The position numbers and the translations under genes were made by a program. From Acidimicrobiia bacterium (lineage in GTDB: Bacteria; Actinomycetota; Acidimicrobiia; Spongiisociales; UBA5794): DNA of 40,560 nucleotides. Below are positions 25,333 through 35,044 of the stretch, piece after piece. Location: positions 1 to 40,560 of the forward strand of contig JALVQZ010000101.1 of the NCBI GenBank assembly GCA_027036355.1. The letters are read 5' to 3'. Each line of letters starts with the position of its first letter. The stretch's first letter is position 1. A model generated the notes under the pieces. That model was not told the DNA's origin. It did not search any database and worked only from the letters and a program-made list of their open reading frames with translations.

Positions 25333-27162
25333 TCAGTTCCGCTTCTTCAGCCGCTTCCGCTCCGACTCGGTGAGATGCCGCTTGCGCAGGCGGATCGATT
25401 TCGGTGTGACCTCGACCAGCTCGTCGTCGGCGATCCATTCGATGGCGGTCTCGAGGGTGTGGACCTTCGGCGGCTTCAGCTTGATCGCCTCGTCGGTCGA
25501 ATGGGTGCGGATGTTGGTGAGCTGCTTGCCCTTGGTCGGGTTGACCTGCATCTCGCCCGGACGCGTCGATTCCCCGATGATCATCCCCTCGTAGACCTCC
25601 TCGCCGGGACCGATGAACAGCTCCCCGCGCTTCTGGAGGTTGTCGAGGGCGAAGCCGGTCGACGCTCCGCGACGGTCGGCGACCATCGCCCCGCCCTGCC
25701 GGTGGGGAAGGTCCCCCGCCCACGGCATCCAGCCGGCGTGCTGCTGATGGATCAGCGCGGTTCCTCTGGTGGCGGTCATCAACAGCGAGCGGAACCCCAG
25801 CAGACCCCGCGCCGGCGCCTCGACCGTCACGATGGTCCGACCGCTGTCGCCGGGTCGGAGATCCGTCACCCGGCCCTTCCGAGGGGCGATCGCCTGGGTG
25901 ACGGTCCCCACGTGCTCGTCGGGTACGTCGACGACGGCCCGTTCCAGCGGTTCGTGCGGAGCCCCGTCGATCTCACGGAGGATCACCTCGGGGCGAGAGA
26001 CCTGGAGCTCGAAGCCCTCTCGCCGCATGGTCTCGATGAGCACGGCGAGCTGGAGCTCGCCGCGGCCGGCGACCTCGATGACCTCCGGCGACGAGGTCGC
26101 TCCGATCCGTATCGACACGTTGCCGAGCACCTCCCGGTCCAGACGTTCCCTGATCTGGCGCGACGTCAACAGCGTCCCCTCGGTGCCCGACAGCGGGGAG
26201 GTGTTCACCCCGAAGGTCATCCGCAGCACCGGCTCGTCCACCGTCAGGCGGGGCAGCGGCTCGGGGTTCGTGGCGTCGGCCAACGTGTCGCCGATCTCCA
26301 CTTCGGGGAACCCGGCCACCACGAACAGATCTCCGGCGACGCGTTCGGTCACCTCGTCGCGGCCCAGCCCCGAGAACCCGAGCAGCTGGGTCAGCTTGCG
26401 TCGAAGCGGTGGCTCGTCCTCGTCGGCGTGGCACAGCGCCACCTGCTCCCCGGCTCGGAGGGTCCCCTGGACGACCCGGCCGATGGCGAGGCGGCCGAGA
26501 TAGTCCGAGGCGTCCAGGTTCGTCACCAGCGCCTGGAGGGGGGCGTCGGGATCGCCTGCGGGGGCCGGGATGGTCTCGACGATCGCGTCGAGGAGCGCCG
26601 AGAGGTCCGCGTCGGGTGCCGGCATGCCGGTCCCCGCCATCGTCCGGCCCTCCCGGGCGATGGCCGAGATGATCGGGAACTCGATGTGGTGGTCGGCCGC
26701 GTCGAGGTCGAAGAACAGTTCGTAGATCTCGTCGGCGACCTCGTCGACCCTGGCGTCGGAGCGATCGACCTTGTTGATCACCACGACCGTCGGGAGATGA
26801 CGTGCCAGCGCCTTCGACAGGACGTAGCGGGTCTGGGGCATCGGGCCCTCGGCGGCATCGACGAGGAGGAGGACGCCATCGACCATCGTCAGGGCCCGTT
26901 CGACCTCACCACCGAAGTCGGCATGGCCGGGAGTGTCGACGAGGTTGATCTTCGTGCCGTTCCACGCCACGGAGGCGGCCTTGGCGAGGATCGTGATCCC
27001 TCGTTCGCGCTCCTGATCGTTCGAGTCCATCACCCGATCGACGCGCGTCTCGTGCGCGGCGAAGACCCCGGTTGCGGTCAACATGGCGTCGACGAGGGTC
27101 GTCTTGCCATGGTCGACGTGCGCGATGAGCGCGACGTTGCGGAGATCGGGAGCGGGCATCAC
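25333..27162 (-). CDS. typA: Translational GTPase TypA/BipA
   Basis: 609 aa. [40 protein letters not shown], and the C-terminal BipA-specific region. The start is GTG 27162 or ATG 27159. Confidence 0.95.
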   Translation of the reverse strand: MMPAPDLRNVALIAHVDHGKTTLVDAMLTATGVFAAHETRVDRVMDSNDQERERGITILAKAASVAWNGTKINLVDTPGHADFGGEVERALTMVDGVLLLVDAAEGPMPQTRYVLSKALARHLPTVVVINKVDRSDARVDEVADEIYELFFDLDAADHHIEFPIISAIAREGRTMAGTGMPAPDADLSALLDAIVETIPAPAGDPDAPLQALVTNLDASDYLGRLAIGRVVQGTLRAGEQVALCHADEDEPPLRRKLTQLLGFSGLGRDEVTERVAGDLFVVAGFPEVEIGDTLADATNPEPLPRLTVDEPVLRMTFGVNTSPLSGTEGTLLTSRQIRERLDREVLGNVSIRIGATSSPEVIEVAGRGELQLAVLIETMRREGFELQVSRPEVILREIDGAPHEPLERAVVDVPDEHVGTVTQAIAPRKGRVTDLRPGDSGRTIVTVEAPARGLLGFRSLLMTATRGTALIHQQHAGWMPWAGDLPHRQGGAMVADRRGASTGFALDNLQKRGELFIGPGEEVYEGMIIGESTRPGEMQVNPTKGKQLTNIRTHSTDEAIKLKPPKVHTLETAIEWIADDELVEVTPKSIRLRKRHLTESERKRLKKRN

Positions 27163-27263
27163 CGAAGCGTACCGGGCCCTGGGCGTTGATCGACTTCACC
27201 TCCAGCTCGTCACGAACGCGGTCGATGACATCAGGTACACTCCGTCGCATCCGAGGAGGCCCG

Positions 27264-28175
27264 ATGGCGCAGTTCACGATCGTTCCCGACGACGAACACG
27301 CGGCCGCGGCGGCCATCCCGTTGACGATCCCTCCTGATCTGGTGCCCCCCGAACTGCTCGAGCGGATCCGCACCGCGGAGAAACGCGAGATCATCTGCGA
27401 CACCTACCCGTACCGGGAGAAGATGGGCCGCGCCGAGTACGAGAAGCAGAAGCGGCTCCTCCAGATCGAGATGCTCAAGGTGCAGCGATGGGTCCGCGAG
27501 ACCGGCCAGCGGCTCGTGCTCCTGTTCGAAGGTCGCGACGCCGCCGGCAAGGGCGGCACGATCAAGCGGTTCATGGAGCATCTCAATCCCCGCGCCGCCC
27601 GGGTCGTCGCCCTGGAGAAGCCCACCGAGGTCGAACGGGGCCAGTGGTACTTCCAGCGGTACATCGCCCAGCTCCCGACCCGAGGTGAGATCGTCTTCTT
27701 CGACCGTTCCTGGTACAACCGGGCCGTCGTCGAGCCGGTGATGGGGTTCTGCACCCCCTCGGAGCATCACGTGTTCCTCCGGGAGGCCCCCGTCGTCGAG
27801 AACATGCTCGTGGAGAACGACTTCCATCTCTTCAAGTTCTGGTTCTCGGTCAGCCGCGAGGAACAGCTCCGACGGTTCCTCTCTCGCGCCCAGGATCGGC
27901 TCAAGCAGTGGAAGCTGAGCCCCGTCGACATCGAATCCCTCGGGCTGTGGGACGAGTACACCGAGGTCAAGAAGGCGATGTTCATGGCGACCGACACGAA
28001 GATCGCGCCGTGGACCGTGGTCCGGTCCGACGACAAGAAGCGGGCGAGGCTGGCGACCATGCGGTTCGTCCTCGATCAGCTCGACTACCCGTCGAAGGAC
28101 CGTGAGGTGGTCGGGGCGCTCGACCCGCTCGTCGTCGGCCCGAAGGAACGGATCTACGAAGGTGACGACTGGTAG
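27264..28175 (+). CDS. ppk2: Polyphosphate kinase 2 (single-domain PPK2)
   Basis: ORF 27186..28175, trimmed to ATG 27264 with GAGGAGG at 27253-27259. Walker A-like FEGRDAAGKGG, plus QWYFQRY and FDRSWYNRA. Confidence 0.9.
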   Translation: MAQFTIVPDDEHAAAAAIPLTIPPDLVPPELLERIRTAEKREIICDTYPYREKMGRAEYEKQKRLLQIEMLKVQRWVRETGQRLVLLFEGRDAAGKGGTIKRFMEHLNPRAARVVALEKPTEVERGQWYFQRYIAQLPTRGEIVFFDRSWYNRAVVEPVMGFCTPSEHHVFLREAPVVENMLVENDFHLFKFWFSVSREEQLRRFLSRAQDRLKQWKLSPVDIESLGLWDEYTEVKKAMFMATDTKIAPWTVVRSDDKKRARLATMRFVLDQLDYPSKDREVVGALDPLVVGPKERIYEGDDW

Positions 28176-28193
28176 GCCGACCGGCCGCCGGCG

Positions 28194-29051
28194 CTATCGC
28201 TGGCTGAGGACCCAGTCGACGAAGGCCCGGGCCGCCGGCGCTCCTTCGGGATCGACGGTCTGGTAGCGGGTCACCAGGGCTTCGAGATCCTTCGCCGTCC
28301 ATGGACGAAGGGGACGCTCCGCCTGCAGTCGCGCCTTGGCCTCTTCGATCGTGAAGCGACCGGCCGTCACCTCCCGACCGACCACGACCCCGGCAAGGCG
28401 TTTGCCGTCCACCTCGATGGCGCGTAGCGCGTCGATGTCGTCGAGGTTCCGCACGCCGCCGGCGGCGACGACCTCCTCGTCGACGATGGACAGCGCCAGG
28501 CGCAAGGCGTCGTAGTTGGGCGGTTCGACGAGCGCGTCGCGGCCCACCTCGGTCATCATGAACCCCACGGCTCCTGCCGAGGACAGCTCGATGAGGGCCT
28601 CTTCGAGCTGGAGCCCACTGCCTTCGGTCCAGCCCCTGATCGCGAGTTCCTCGTCGGCTCGAACGTCGAGGCTGACCATGATCCTGCCCGGATGGGACCG
28701 GCACAGTTCCCAGAAGAGCACCTGATCGACGATCGCCACGGTCCCCATGCCGACCCGCCAGGCGCCGGCGTCGAGGAGCCGCTCCACCTCCGCCGTCGAC
28801 CGCACCCCGCCGGCGACGACCACCGGGACGTCGACCGCTTCGATGATCTCGCCGAGCAGCGGCCGGTTCCGGTAGTCGCCGCGGGCGGCGGCATCGAGGT
28901 CGACGACGAGGAGACGGTCGGCGCCTTTGGCGACCCATCCCCGCGCCCGGGCGACCGGATCGGCGTCGAGGAAGATCGCCTCGTTGACGTCGCCGCGGGG
29001 GAGCCGCACCGCGCGGCCTTCGAGGATGTTGACGCGGGCGTAGAGGTCCAT
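28194..29051 (-). CDS. HisA/HisF-family (beta/alpha)8 barrel protein, HisA-like, with ~40-aa C-terminal extension; not in a his operon
   Basis: 285 aa, collinear by eye with HisA: LVVDLDAA, VVVAGGVRS, VSLDVRADE...GW, AAGGVRNLDDI, VVVGRE. Residue 8 is Asn (AAC, reverse complement of 29028-29030) where HisA has the catalytic Asp (PAIDL). Confidence 0.7.
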   Translation of the reverse strand: MDLYARVNILEGRAVRLPRGDVNEAIFLDADPVARARGWVAKGADRLLVVDLDAAARGDYRNRPLLGEIIEAVDVPVVVAGGVRSTAEVERLLDAGAWRVGMGTVAIVDQVLFWELCRSHPGRIMVSLDVRADEELAIRGWTEGSGLQLEEALIELSSAGAVGFMMTEVGRDALVEPPNYDALRLALSIVDEEVVAAGGVRNLDDIDALRAIEVDGKRLAGVVVGREVTAGRFTIEEAKARLQAERPLRPWTAKDLEALVTRYQTVDPEGAPAARAFVDWVLSQR

Positions 29052-29166
29052 GCAGGGAACCTACCACCCCGTGGATGGGGCTGCGCCGCGACCGGACGGA
29101 GCCGTCGACCGGCCGAAGTTCGGAAATACCAAGGGATCGGATGGTGAGGCGGTACCGTCGGAGCCC

Positions 29167-29256
29167 ATGGAGATGATTCAGGTCGCCGTCGCCTGGCTGG
29201 TCCTGAGCCTCATGGTCCTCGCGTCCCTCGCCTTGTTCCTCGCCGCCTACCGGTGA
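29167..29256 (+). CDS. Possible 29-aa single-TM micro-protein
   Basis: MEMIQVAVAWLVLSLMVLASLALFLAAYR, with nearly all codons ending in G/C. The SD spacing is poor (GGAG only 3 nt from the ATG). It is the end of track ORF 29050..29256. Confidence 0.3.
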   Translation: MEMIQVAVAWLVLSLMVLASLALFLAAYR

Positions 29257-29340
29257 GGCCACCTCCCGGTGGACGACCGCGGACGCGCCGGAGGCCGGCG
29301 GGTCGCCCCACCGGCCTCCATGGGTTCCTGCCCGAGAGGG

Positions 29341-29709
29341 TCAACCTCCGGAGCCGAAGAACCCTCCCTCGCTCTTGATGCTCTCCACGAGGAGCTGTCC
29401 GAAGGGGCCCTCCGCCTTGAGGTCCCCGGCCCGCTCGTTCATCAGCTTCTCCATCTCCGCATCGGAGCAACCCAGCTCCTCGGCCTTGGCCTCGAGCTCG
29501 TTGGCCTTCTGCTCGAGCTCGTCGAACTGGGGCGGCTCGTTCTCGAGCGCCGCGAGGTCCTCCAGGGACATGTCGTCGAACTCGTCGATGATGCCCTGGA
29601 CCAGGCCGATCGCCTCGTCGGCGACGCTCTCGCACGACGCCGCGCCTCCACCGCTGCAGGCCGCAGCGACCAGGGCGAACGCGACGACGATCACGGACAG
29701 TCTTGTCAT
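29341..29709 (-). CDS. Lipoprotein (hypothetical, acidic helical)
   Basis: ORF 29341..29745, trimmed to ATG 29709 with GGGAGGAAG upstream. MTRLSVIVVAFALVAAAC is a lipobox-like signal with Cys. The remainder is Glu/Asp-rich. Confidence 0.6.
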   Translation of the reverse strand: MTRLSVIVVAFALVAAACSGGGAASCESVADEAIGLVQGIIDEFDDMSLEDLAALENEPPQFDELEQKANELEAKAEELGCSDAEMEKLMNERAGDLKAEGPFGQLLVESIKSEGGFFGSGG

Positions 29710-29789
29710 GGGTCTTCCTCCCTCGAGTGTGATGACAGGATCCACCTGTCGGCAGGGAACCTACCCGTTCGAGGGGTTCTTGTCGCGTA

Positions 29790-31154
29790 TCACGACCCGG
29801 TGACGATGCGCTGGGACGCGGCTCGATGTCGCTCGACGGCCTCGGGGAGGTCGAAGGTCGCAACGTGGCCGTCGACGACCAGGGGCCGGCCGTGGACCCA
29901 CGATCGGGACACTCCGCCGGGCCAGCACAGCACGAGGGCGGCGACGGGATCGGCGGCGCCGGCATGGTCGACGTCGCGGACGTCGACGGCCACGATGTCG
30001 GCCGCCTTGCCGGGAGCCAGCGTGCCGATGTCGTCGCGGCCGAGGACCGCGGCTCCGCCGCGGGTGGCGATCTCGAGGACCCTCCGGGCCGACAGGAGCG
30101 AGCCCCCTCCTTCGATGGCCGTCCTGACCCGAGCCGCGAGCAGCGCCTGGCGGGCTTCCCCCAGGAGGTTGCTGCCATCGTTCGAGGCCGAACCGTCCAC
30201 ACCCAAGCCGACCCGCACGCCGGCATCCAGGTACTCGCGGAGGGGCGCGATGCCCGAGGCGAGCCGCATGTTCGACGTCGGGCAATGGGCGATCCCGGTT
30301 CCCGATGCCGCCAGCGTCGCCACGCCGGCTGCGTCGACATGGACACCATGCGCGAACCACACGTCGTCGCCGAGCCATCCGACGCGTTCGGCGTAGCCGA
30401 TCGGGTCGACACCGAACCTCTCTTCGCAGAAACGGTCCTCGTCGGCGGTCTCGGCGAGATGGGTGTGCATGGTCACCCCGTACGCCCGCGCCAGTCTGGC
30501 CGACTCGATCATCGCCGCGGGCGTGACCGAGAACGGGGAGCACGGAGCGACGACGATCCGGATCATCGCTCCCGGATCGGGGTCGTGGAAGGTCTCGATG
30601 AGACGCTGGGTGTCGGCGATGATGTCGGCTTCGTTCTCGACCAGATGGTCGGGTGGCAGCCCTCCGGCGCTCTCTCCCAGGCTCATGGATCCGCGGGCGG
30701 CATGGAACCGCATGCCCGTGAGCGCCGCGGCGTGGATGGAATCGTCGAGAGTGGAGCCGTTGGGGAACAGGTAGAGATGGTCCGAGGTGGTGGTGCAGCC
30801 CGACCGCGCCAGCTCACCGAGTCCGACGAGGGTGGACACGGCGACGTCGTCGGGGGTCATCCGCGCCCAGATCGGGTAGAGGGTCGTCAGCCAGGCGAAG
30901 AGCGAGACGTCTTGGGTGCCGGGGACCGCCCGGGTCAGCGTCTGGTACAGATGATGATGGGTGTCGACGAGCCCGGGGAGGACGACGTGGCCGGTGGCGT
31001 CGAACACGTCATCCGCCGTCGTCGGGAGGGTGGCGGTAGGACCTACGTGCTCGATCCAACCGTCGCGGCAGAAGAGGCCGCCGCCGGCGATCTCCCTCCG
31101 CTCGTCGTCCATCGTGACGACGACCTCGGCGTTGCGGATCAACAGGGACGCCAT
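29790..31154 (-). CDS. Amidohydrolase-superfamily deaminase, 8-oxoguanine deaminase-like
   Basis: Lower part of ORF 29790..32333, trimmed to ATG 31154 (MASLLIRNAEVVVTMDDERREIAGGG...). Metal ligands LPGLVDTHHHLYQTLTRA, HTHLAE, FAHGVH, GVDGSASND. The N-terminal pattern matches proteins annotated as 8-oxoguanine deaminase. Confidence 0.75.
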   Translation of the reverse strand: MASLLIRNAEVVVTMDDERREIAGGGLFCRDGWIEHVGPTATLPTTADDVFDATGHVVLPGLVDTHHHLYQTLTRAVPGTQDVSLFAWLTTLYPIWARMTPDDVAVSTLVGLGELARSGCTTTSDHLYLFPNGSTLDDSIHAAALTGMRFHAARGSMSLGESAGGLPPDHLVENEADIIADTQRLIETFHDPDPGAMIRIVVAPCSPFSVTPAAMIESARLARAYGVTMHTHLAETADEDRFCEERFGVDPIGYAERVGWLGDDVWFAHGVHVDAAGVATLAASGTGIAHCPTSNMRLASGIAPLREYLDAGVRVGLGVDGSASNDGSNLLGEARQALLAARVRTAIEGGGSLLSARRVLEIATRGGAAVLGRDDIGTLAPGKAADIVAVDVRDVDHAGAADPVAALVLCWPGGVSRSWVHGRPLVVDGHVATFDLPEAVERHRAASQRIVTGS

Positions 31155-31159
31155 CGACG

Positions 31160-32149
31160 TCACCAGCGCTGATGGACGTGAGGGGCGATGAGGTCCCGGT
31201 AGATGGCGGCGACCCGCCTGCGTGTTCCGGCGTCGAGGGGCTCGAGCGTCGAGGCCGACGCGTTGGCCGCTGCCTGATCGGGGTTCTTCGCTCCTGGGAT
31301 CACCGTCGACACGGACGGATCGTCGAGGATCCATCGGAGGGCGAACTGCGCCATGGTCCAGCCTTCGGGAACCAGGGGGCGGAGCTGGTCGACCGCCGCC
31401 AACCCCACCTCGTAGGGCACGCCGGCGAACGTCTCGCCCACGTCGAACGCCTCGCCGCGGCGGTTGAAGCGGCGGTGGTCGTCGGGAGCGAACTCGGTGT
31501 CGGCGCCGAACTTGCCGGTCAGGAGTCCGCTGGCCAGCGGGACGCGGGCGATCACCCCGACGTCGCGTTCTGCGGCGAGGGGCAGGAACCGTTCGGCGGG
31601 CCGTTGCCGGAACATGTTGTAGATGATCTGGACGGTCTCCACCCCCGGGTACTCGAGGGCCTTGAGGGCCTCCTCGACCTTCTCGACGCTGACCCCGTAG
31701 TGGCGGATCTTGCCTTCGGCGACGAGGTCGTCGAGGGCAGCGAAGACCTCGGGCCGGTAGTAGACCTCGGTCGGGGGGCAGTGGAGTTGCAGGAGGTCCA
31801 ACGACTCCATCTGGAGGTTGGCCAGGCTGCGGTCGACGAACATCCGCAGGTTCTCGGCGGTGTAGCCGTCGGCCCGATGCGGCGACAGGCGGCGGCCGGC
31901 CTTGGTGGCGACCACGAGCCGCACGGCGGGTCGGGCGCGCCGGATGGATCCCACGAGACGCTCGGATCGTCCGTCGCCGTAGACGTCCGCGGTGTCGATG
32001 AAGTCGACGCCATGGTCGATCGCGGTCTCGAGCGCGGCGATCGCGTCGTCCTCGGTGACCGGGCCCCAGTCGGCGCCGATGGCCCATGCCCCGAACCCGA
32101 CCTCGGACACCTCGTGCCCGGTGCTTCCCAGTCGTCGATGCCGCACCAT
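31160..32149 (-). CDS. Aldo/keto reductase
   Basis: 329 aa. LGSTGHEVSEVGFGAWAIG, FIDTADVYGDGRSE, LDLLQLH, IPGAKN. GAGGAGGTG lies immediately upstream. It sits 5 nt upstream of the deaminase gene. Confidence 0.9.
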   Translation of the reverse strand: MVRHRRLGSTGHEVSEVGFGAWAIGADWGPVTEDDAIAALETAIDHGVDFIDTADVYGDGRSERLVGSIRRARPAVRLVVATKAGRRLSPHRADGYTAENLRMFVDRSLANLQMESLDLLQLHCPPTEVYYRPEVFAALDDLVAEGKIRHYGVSVEKVEEALKALEYPGVETVQIIYNMFRQRPAERFLPLAAERDVGVIARVPLASGLLTGKFGADTEFAPDDHRRFNRRGEAFDVGETFAGVPYEVGLAAVDQLRPLVPEGWTMAQFALRWILDDPSVSTVIPGAKNPDQAAANASASTLEPLDAGTRRRVAAIYRDLIAPHVHQRW

Positions 32150-32232
32150 CCACCTCCTCGGCTCGACACCCTACCCTCGGCGGCGACGCCGGCTCCGGCG
32201 TCGCGCCGACGTCGGGGCGGTACCGTAGGTCC

Positions 32233-33225
32233 ATGAGATACGGAGCGTTCATCCCCCAAGGTTGGAGACTGGACCTGGTCGGTATCGATCGGTCACGGCA
32301 CTGGAGCACGATGCTCGAAGTGGCCCGCAGCATCGAGTCGTCCGGTTACGAGTCGCTGTGGGTCTTCGACCATTTCCACACGGTCCCCGAGCCCACCCAG
32401 GAGGCCACCTACGAGGCTTGGACCTTGATGGCCGCGCTCGCCGCCACCACCGACACGGTGCGTCTGGGTCAGATGTGCACCTCGAACTCGTACCGGATGC
32501 CGTCGTATCTGGCCAAGGTCGCCGCCAACGTCGACGTCATCTCCGACGGCCGATTGGAGATGGGTATCGGCGCCGGATGGTACGAGCACGAGTACCTCGG
32601 CTACGGCTACGAGTTCCCCAAGGCGTCGGTTCGGATCGATCAACTCGCCGAAGGCGTCGAGATCATGCACCGGATGTGGGGGGACGAGGACGAGGTCGTC
32701 TACGAAGGTCGCTACTACCGGCTCGCAGGCGCCATCAACCAACCCAAGCCGGTGCAGCGGCCGCGGATCCCGACGTGGATCGCCGGGGGAGGAGAGCGGC
32801 GGACGTTGCGGGTCGCGGCTCGATTCGCCGACTACACGAACTTCGGGTCGAGCGTCGACGAGTTCGTCCACAAGTCCGAGGTCTTGGCGGGGCACTGCCG
32901 GGACGTCGGGCGCGACCTCGACCAGATCACCAGGTCGATCATGTTCGGAGCGGTGGTCGGGGCCACCGAACGCGAGGTCGTCGACAAGCTCGACCGCTAC
33001 GAGGCGCGGATGGCGGCGGTCGTCGGTTCGGCCAAGGCCGCCGAGATGCGCGCCGCCTACGAGCGATCCGCCGCCGTGGGTACCCCGGATCAGATCGCCG
33101 AACGCCTGGAACCGTGGGAGGCGGCCGGCGCCGAGTACGTGATCCTCTACTTCCCCGAGGCGGCGTACGATCGGTCGGGCCTGGAGCTGTTCGCCGCCAC
33201 GATCGTGGCCGGCTCCTCGTCCTAG
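32233..33225 (+). CDS. LLM-class F420-dependent oxidoreductase (Rv1855c-like pattern)
   Basis: ORF 32086..33225, trimmed to ATG 32233 (MRYGAFIPQGWRLDL...). YESLWVFDHF, GRLEMGIGAGWYEHEYLGYGYEFP. Confidence 0.8.
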   Translation: MRYGAFIPQGWRLDLVGIDRSRHWSTMLEVARSIESSGYESLWVFDHFHTVPEPTQEATYEAWTLMAALAATTDTVRLGQMCTSNSYRMPSYLAKVAANVDVISDGRLEMGIGAGWYEHEYLGYGYEFPKASVRIDQLAEGVEIMHRMWGDEDEVVYEGRYYRLAGAINQPKPVQRPRIPTWIAGGGERRTLRVAARFADYTNFGSSVDEFVHKSEVLAGHCRDVGRDLDQITRSIMFGAVVGATEREVVDKLDRYEARMAAVVGSAKAAEMRAAYERSAAVGTPDQIAERLEPWEAAGAEYVILYFPEAAYDRSGLELFAATIVAGSSS

Positions 33226-34160
33226 GGGCCCGTCGGCGTCGCGACCCGGCGTGTGGGGCTGCGTCCGGCGAGGAACACGCCGGCGATGGTCATCGCTCCC
33301 CCCACGACGATGGGGATGCTGAGGTGCTCGCCGAGGAGCGCGACGCCGCCGACCACGCCGATCACCGGAGCGAGGTAGCCGGTCAGCGCCACCGTTGCCG
33401 CCGTGGCGTGGCGCGACGCGTACAGCGTGGAGACGAACGGAAGCAGCGTCGATCCGATACCGAGGGCGATCAGGAGGAACCAGGTCGATGGGCCCAGCGA
33501 TGCGGTCCGCACCGACGACGTGGCGAGTCCGAAGCCCGAGACGACCGCCGCTCCCCCCACGAACATCGGCAGCGCCAGTTTGGCGGTGCCGTGGTGAGGG
33601 GCGAACCGCCGGCTCAGAACGCCGCTGGTGGAACCCGCGGCGACCCCTCCGAGCGCGAGGAGCCCACCGCGAACGACGTCTCCTCCCTCGGCGATCCCGG
33701 ACTCGCCGGCGGCGATGATGAGCGCGGTACCCGCCAGGCCGACGGCCAGGCCGACGAGCTGCCGCCGCCGGAGGCGCTCACCGATCGTCACCGCGGCGAT
33801 GCCGGCGGTGGTCGCCGGGATGAGGGTGATGATCAGGCTCTCGACGCCGGCCGAGATGTACTGGAGCGACGCCATGAACAGCATCGGCGCGATACCGATC
33901 CGAGGGATCCCGATGATCAGCCCGTCGCGCCACGTACGTCGTTCGAGCCGGTGACGGCGGGCCACGGCGAACGCCACCACCGCGGCGGTGGCGACGAGCG
34001 TGCGGATCACGACCACGGTCGAGGTGTTGGCTCCCGCTCCGTAGGCCGCTCGGGTTCCCACCCCGGCCAAGCCCCATCCGACCGACGCGGCCGCGATGGC
34101 GATCGGTACGCGGTTGCGGATCATCCCCGTGACGCTACCGGTCGTCGACCGGTCGGTCAT
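33222..34160 (-). CDS. EamA/DMT-family transporter
   Basis: 312 aa with about 10 hydrophobic segments and two EamA-like halves. The start may be the internal ATG at 34124 (MIRNRVPIAI...), which would remove the overlap with the upstream gene. The stop overlaps the convergent LLM gene stop by 4 nt. Confidence 0.75.
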   Translation of the reverse strand: MTDRSTTGSVTGMIRNRVPIAIAAASVGWGLAGVGTRAAYGAGANTSTVVVIRTLVATAAVVAFAVARRHRLERRTWRDGLIIGIPRIGIAPMLFMASLQYISAGVESLIITLIPATTAGIAAVTIGERLRRRQLVGLAVGLAGTALIIAAGESGIAEGGDVVRGGLLALGGVAAGSTSGVLSRRFAPHHGTAKLALPMFVGGAAVVSGFGLATSSVRTASLGPSTWFLLIALGIGSTLLPFVSTLYASRHATAATVALTGYLAPVIGVVGGVALLGEHLSIPIVVGGAMTIAGVFLAGRSPTRRVATPTGP

Positions 34161-34578
34161 CGACCGGCCGCAGCAGGACGATGGGGATCTCGCGGCTCGT
34201 GCGCGCCTGGTAGGTCGCGTAGCCGTCGTAGGCGTCGACCGCCCGCTCCCACAAGGCGTTCCTCCGGTCCCCGACGAGCGTCTCGGCTTCGACGGGGATC
34301 GTATCCGCGCGGATCTCGATCCGGCATCTCGGGTCGGCCTTCAGATTGGTGTACCAATCGGGATCGGTGTCGCGTCCGCCCCATGAGGCGATCACGACCC
34401 ATCCGTCGGGTTCGGTCAGGTAGAGGAGCGGGACCGTGTGCGGACGGCCCGTCGTCCGGCCCCGCACCGTCAGTAGGAGCATGTCGTTGTCGACCAGGCG
34501 CCGACCGATCCGCCCGCCGGTGAGTCGGTAGACGCGTCGATGGATCGCGGAGAGCCGGCGGGCCGTCGCGTCCTTCAC
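34135..34578 (-). CDS. Nitroreductase-family deazaflavin (F420H2)-dependent oxidoreductase (Ddn-like)
   Basis: Lower part of ORF 34135..34755, with the start placed at GTG 34578 (VKDATARRLSAIHRRVYRLTGGRIG...). LLLLTVRGRTTGRPHTVPLLY, VVIASWGGRDTDPDWYTNL, REIPIVLL. No clear SD. Confidence 0.7.
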   Translation of the reverse strand: MKDATARRLSAIHRRVYRLTGGRIGRRLVDNDMLLLTVRGRTTGRPHTVPLLYLTEPDGWVVIASWGGRDTDPDWYTNLKADPRCRIEIRADTIPVEAETLVGDRRNALWERAVDAYDGYATYQARTSREIPIVLLRPVDDRPVDDR

Positions 34579-34585
34579 GGGCCGG

Positions 34586-35020
34586 TCAGGCGCGTGAGTA
34601 CAGGCCGACGAGGAACGCTTCGTCGAGGACGCGATTGGCGATGGCTCCCAGCACGGTGGCCTTGTCGGCGCCCGGGGGAAGCCCCAGCGAGCCGTCGATG
34701 GCGAAGACGTGGAAGACATAGCGGTGGGTGCCGCTCGGCGGGCAGGGACCGCCATACCCGAGCCGGCCCCACGAGTTGAGCCCCGGTGTGCCGAGGTCCG
34801 CGACGCCTTCGGGGATCTCCTCGGTGGGAGGGATGTCGTAGGCCACCCAGTGGTCCCACGTTCCCATGGGCGCGTCGGGGTCGTCCATGATGAGAACGAG
34901 CGTCTCGGTTCCAGCGGGGATCCCGACGATCTCGAGGGGAGGGGACACGTCCTCGCCGTCGCACGTGTATCGGGCAGGGATCCGTCCTTCGTTGGCGAAT
35001 GCGGGGGAACGCAGCAGCAT
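34586..35020 (-). CDS. YbhB/YbcL-family PEBP (Raf kinase inhibitor-like) protein
   Basis: 144 aa. [21 protein letters not shown]...WDHW, [21 protein letters not shown]-type motif. GAGGAGG lies upstream. Confidence 0.85.
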   Translation of the reverse strand: [144 protein letters not shown]

Positions 35021-35044
35021 CGTGAGGCCTCCTCTCTCTCGGCG

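Noticed and set aside
24061-27189. 1042-aa ORF on the plus strand
   Set aside because: It is antisense to typA and the PfkB-fusion gene, both of which have clear family motifs. Its composition is R/G/D/P junk.
31155-32333. Upstream extension of the deaminase ORF (29790..32333, 847 aa)
   Set aside because: It overlaps the aldo/keto reductase gene in another frame and is Arg/Pro-rich junk. The deaminase begins at MASLLIRNAEVV (31154).
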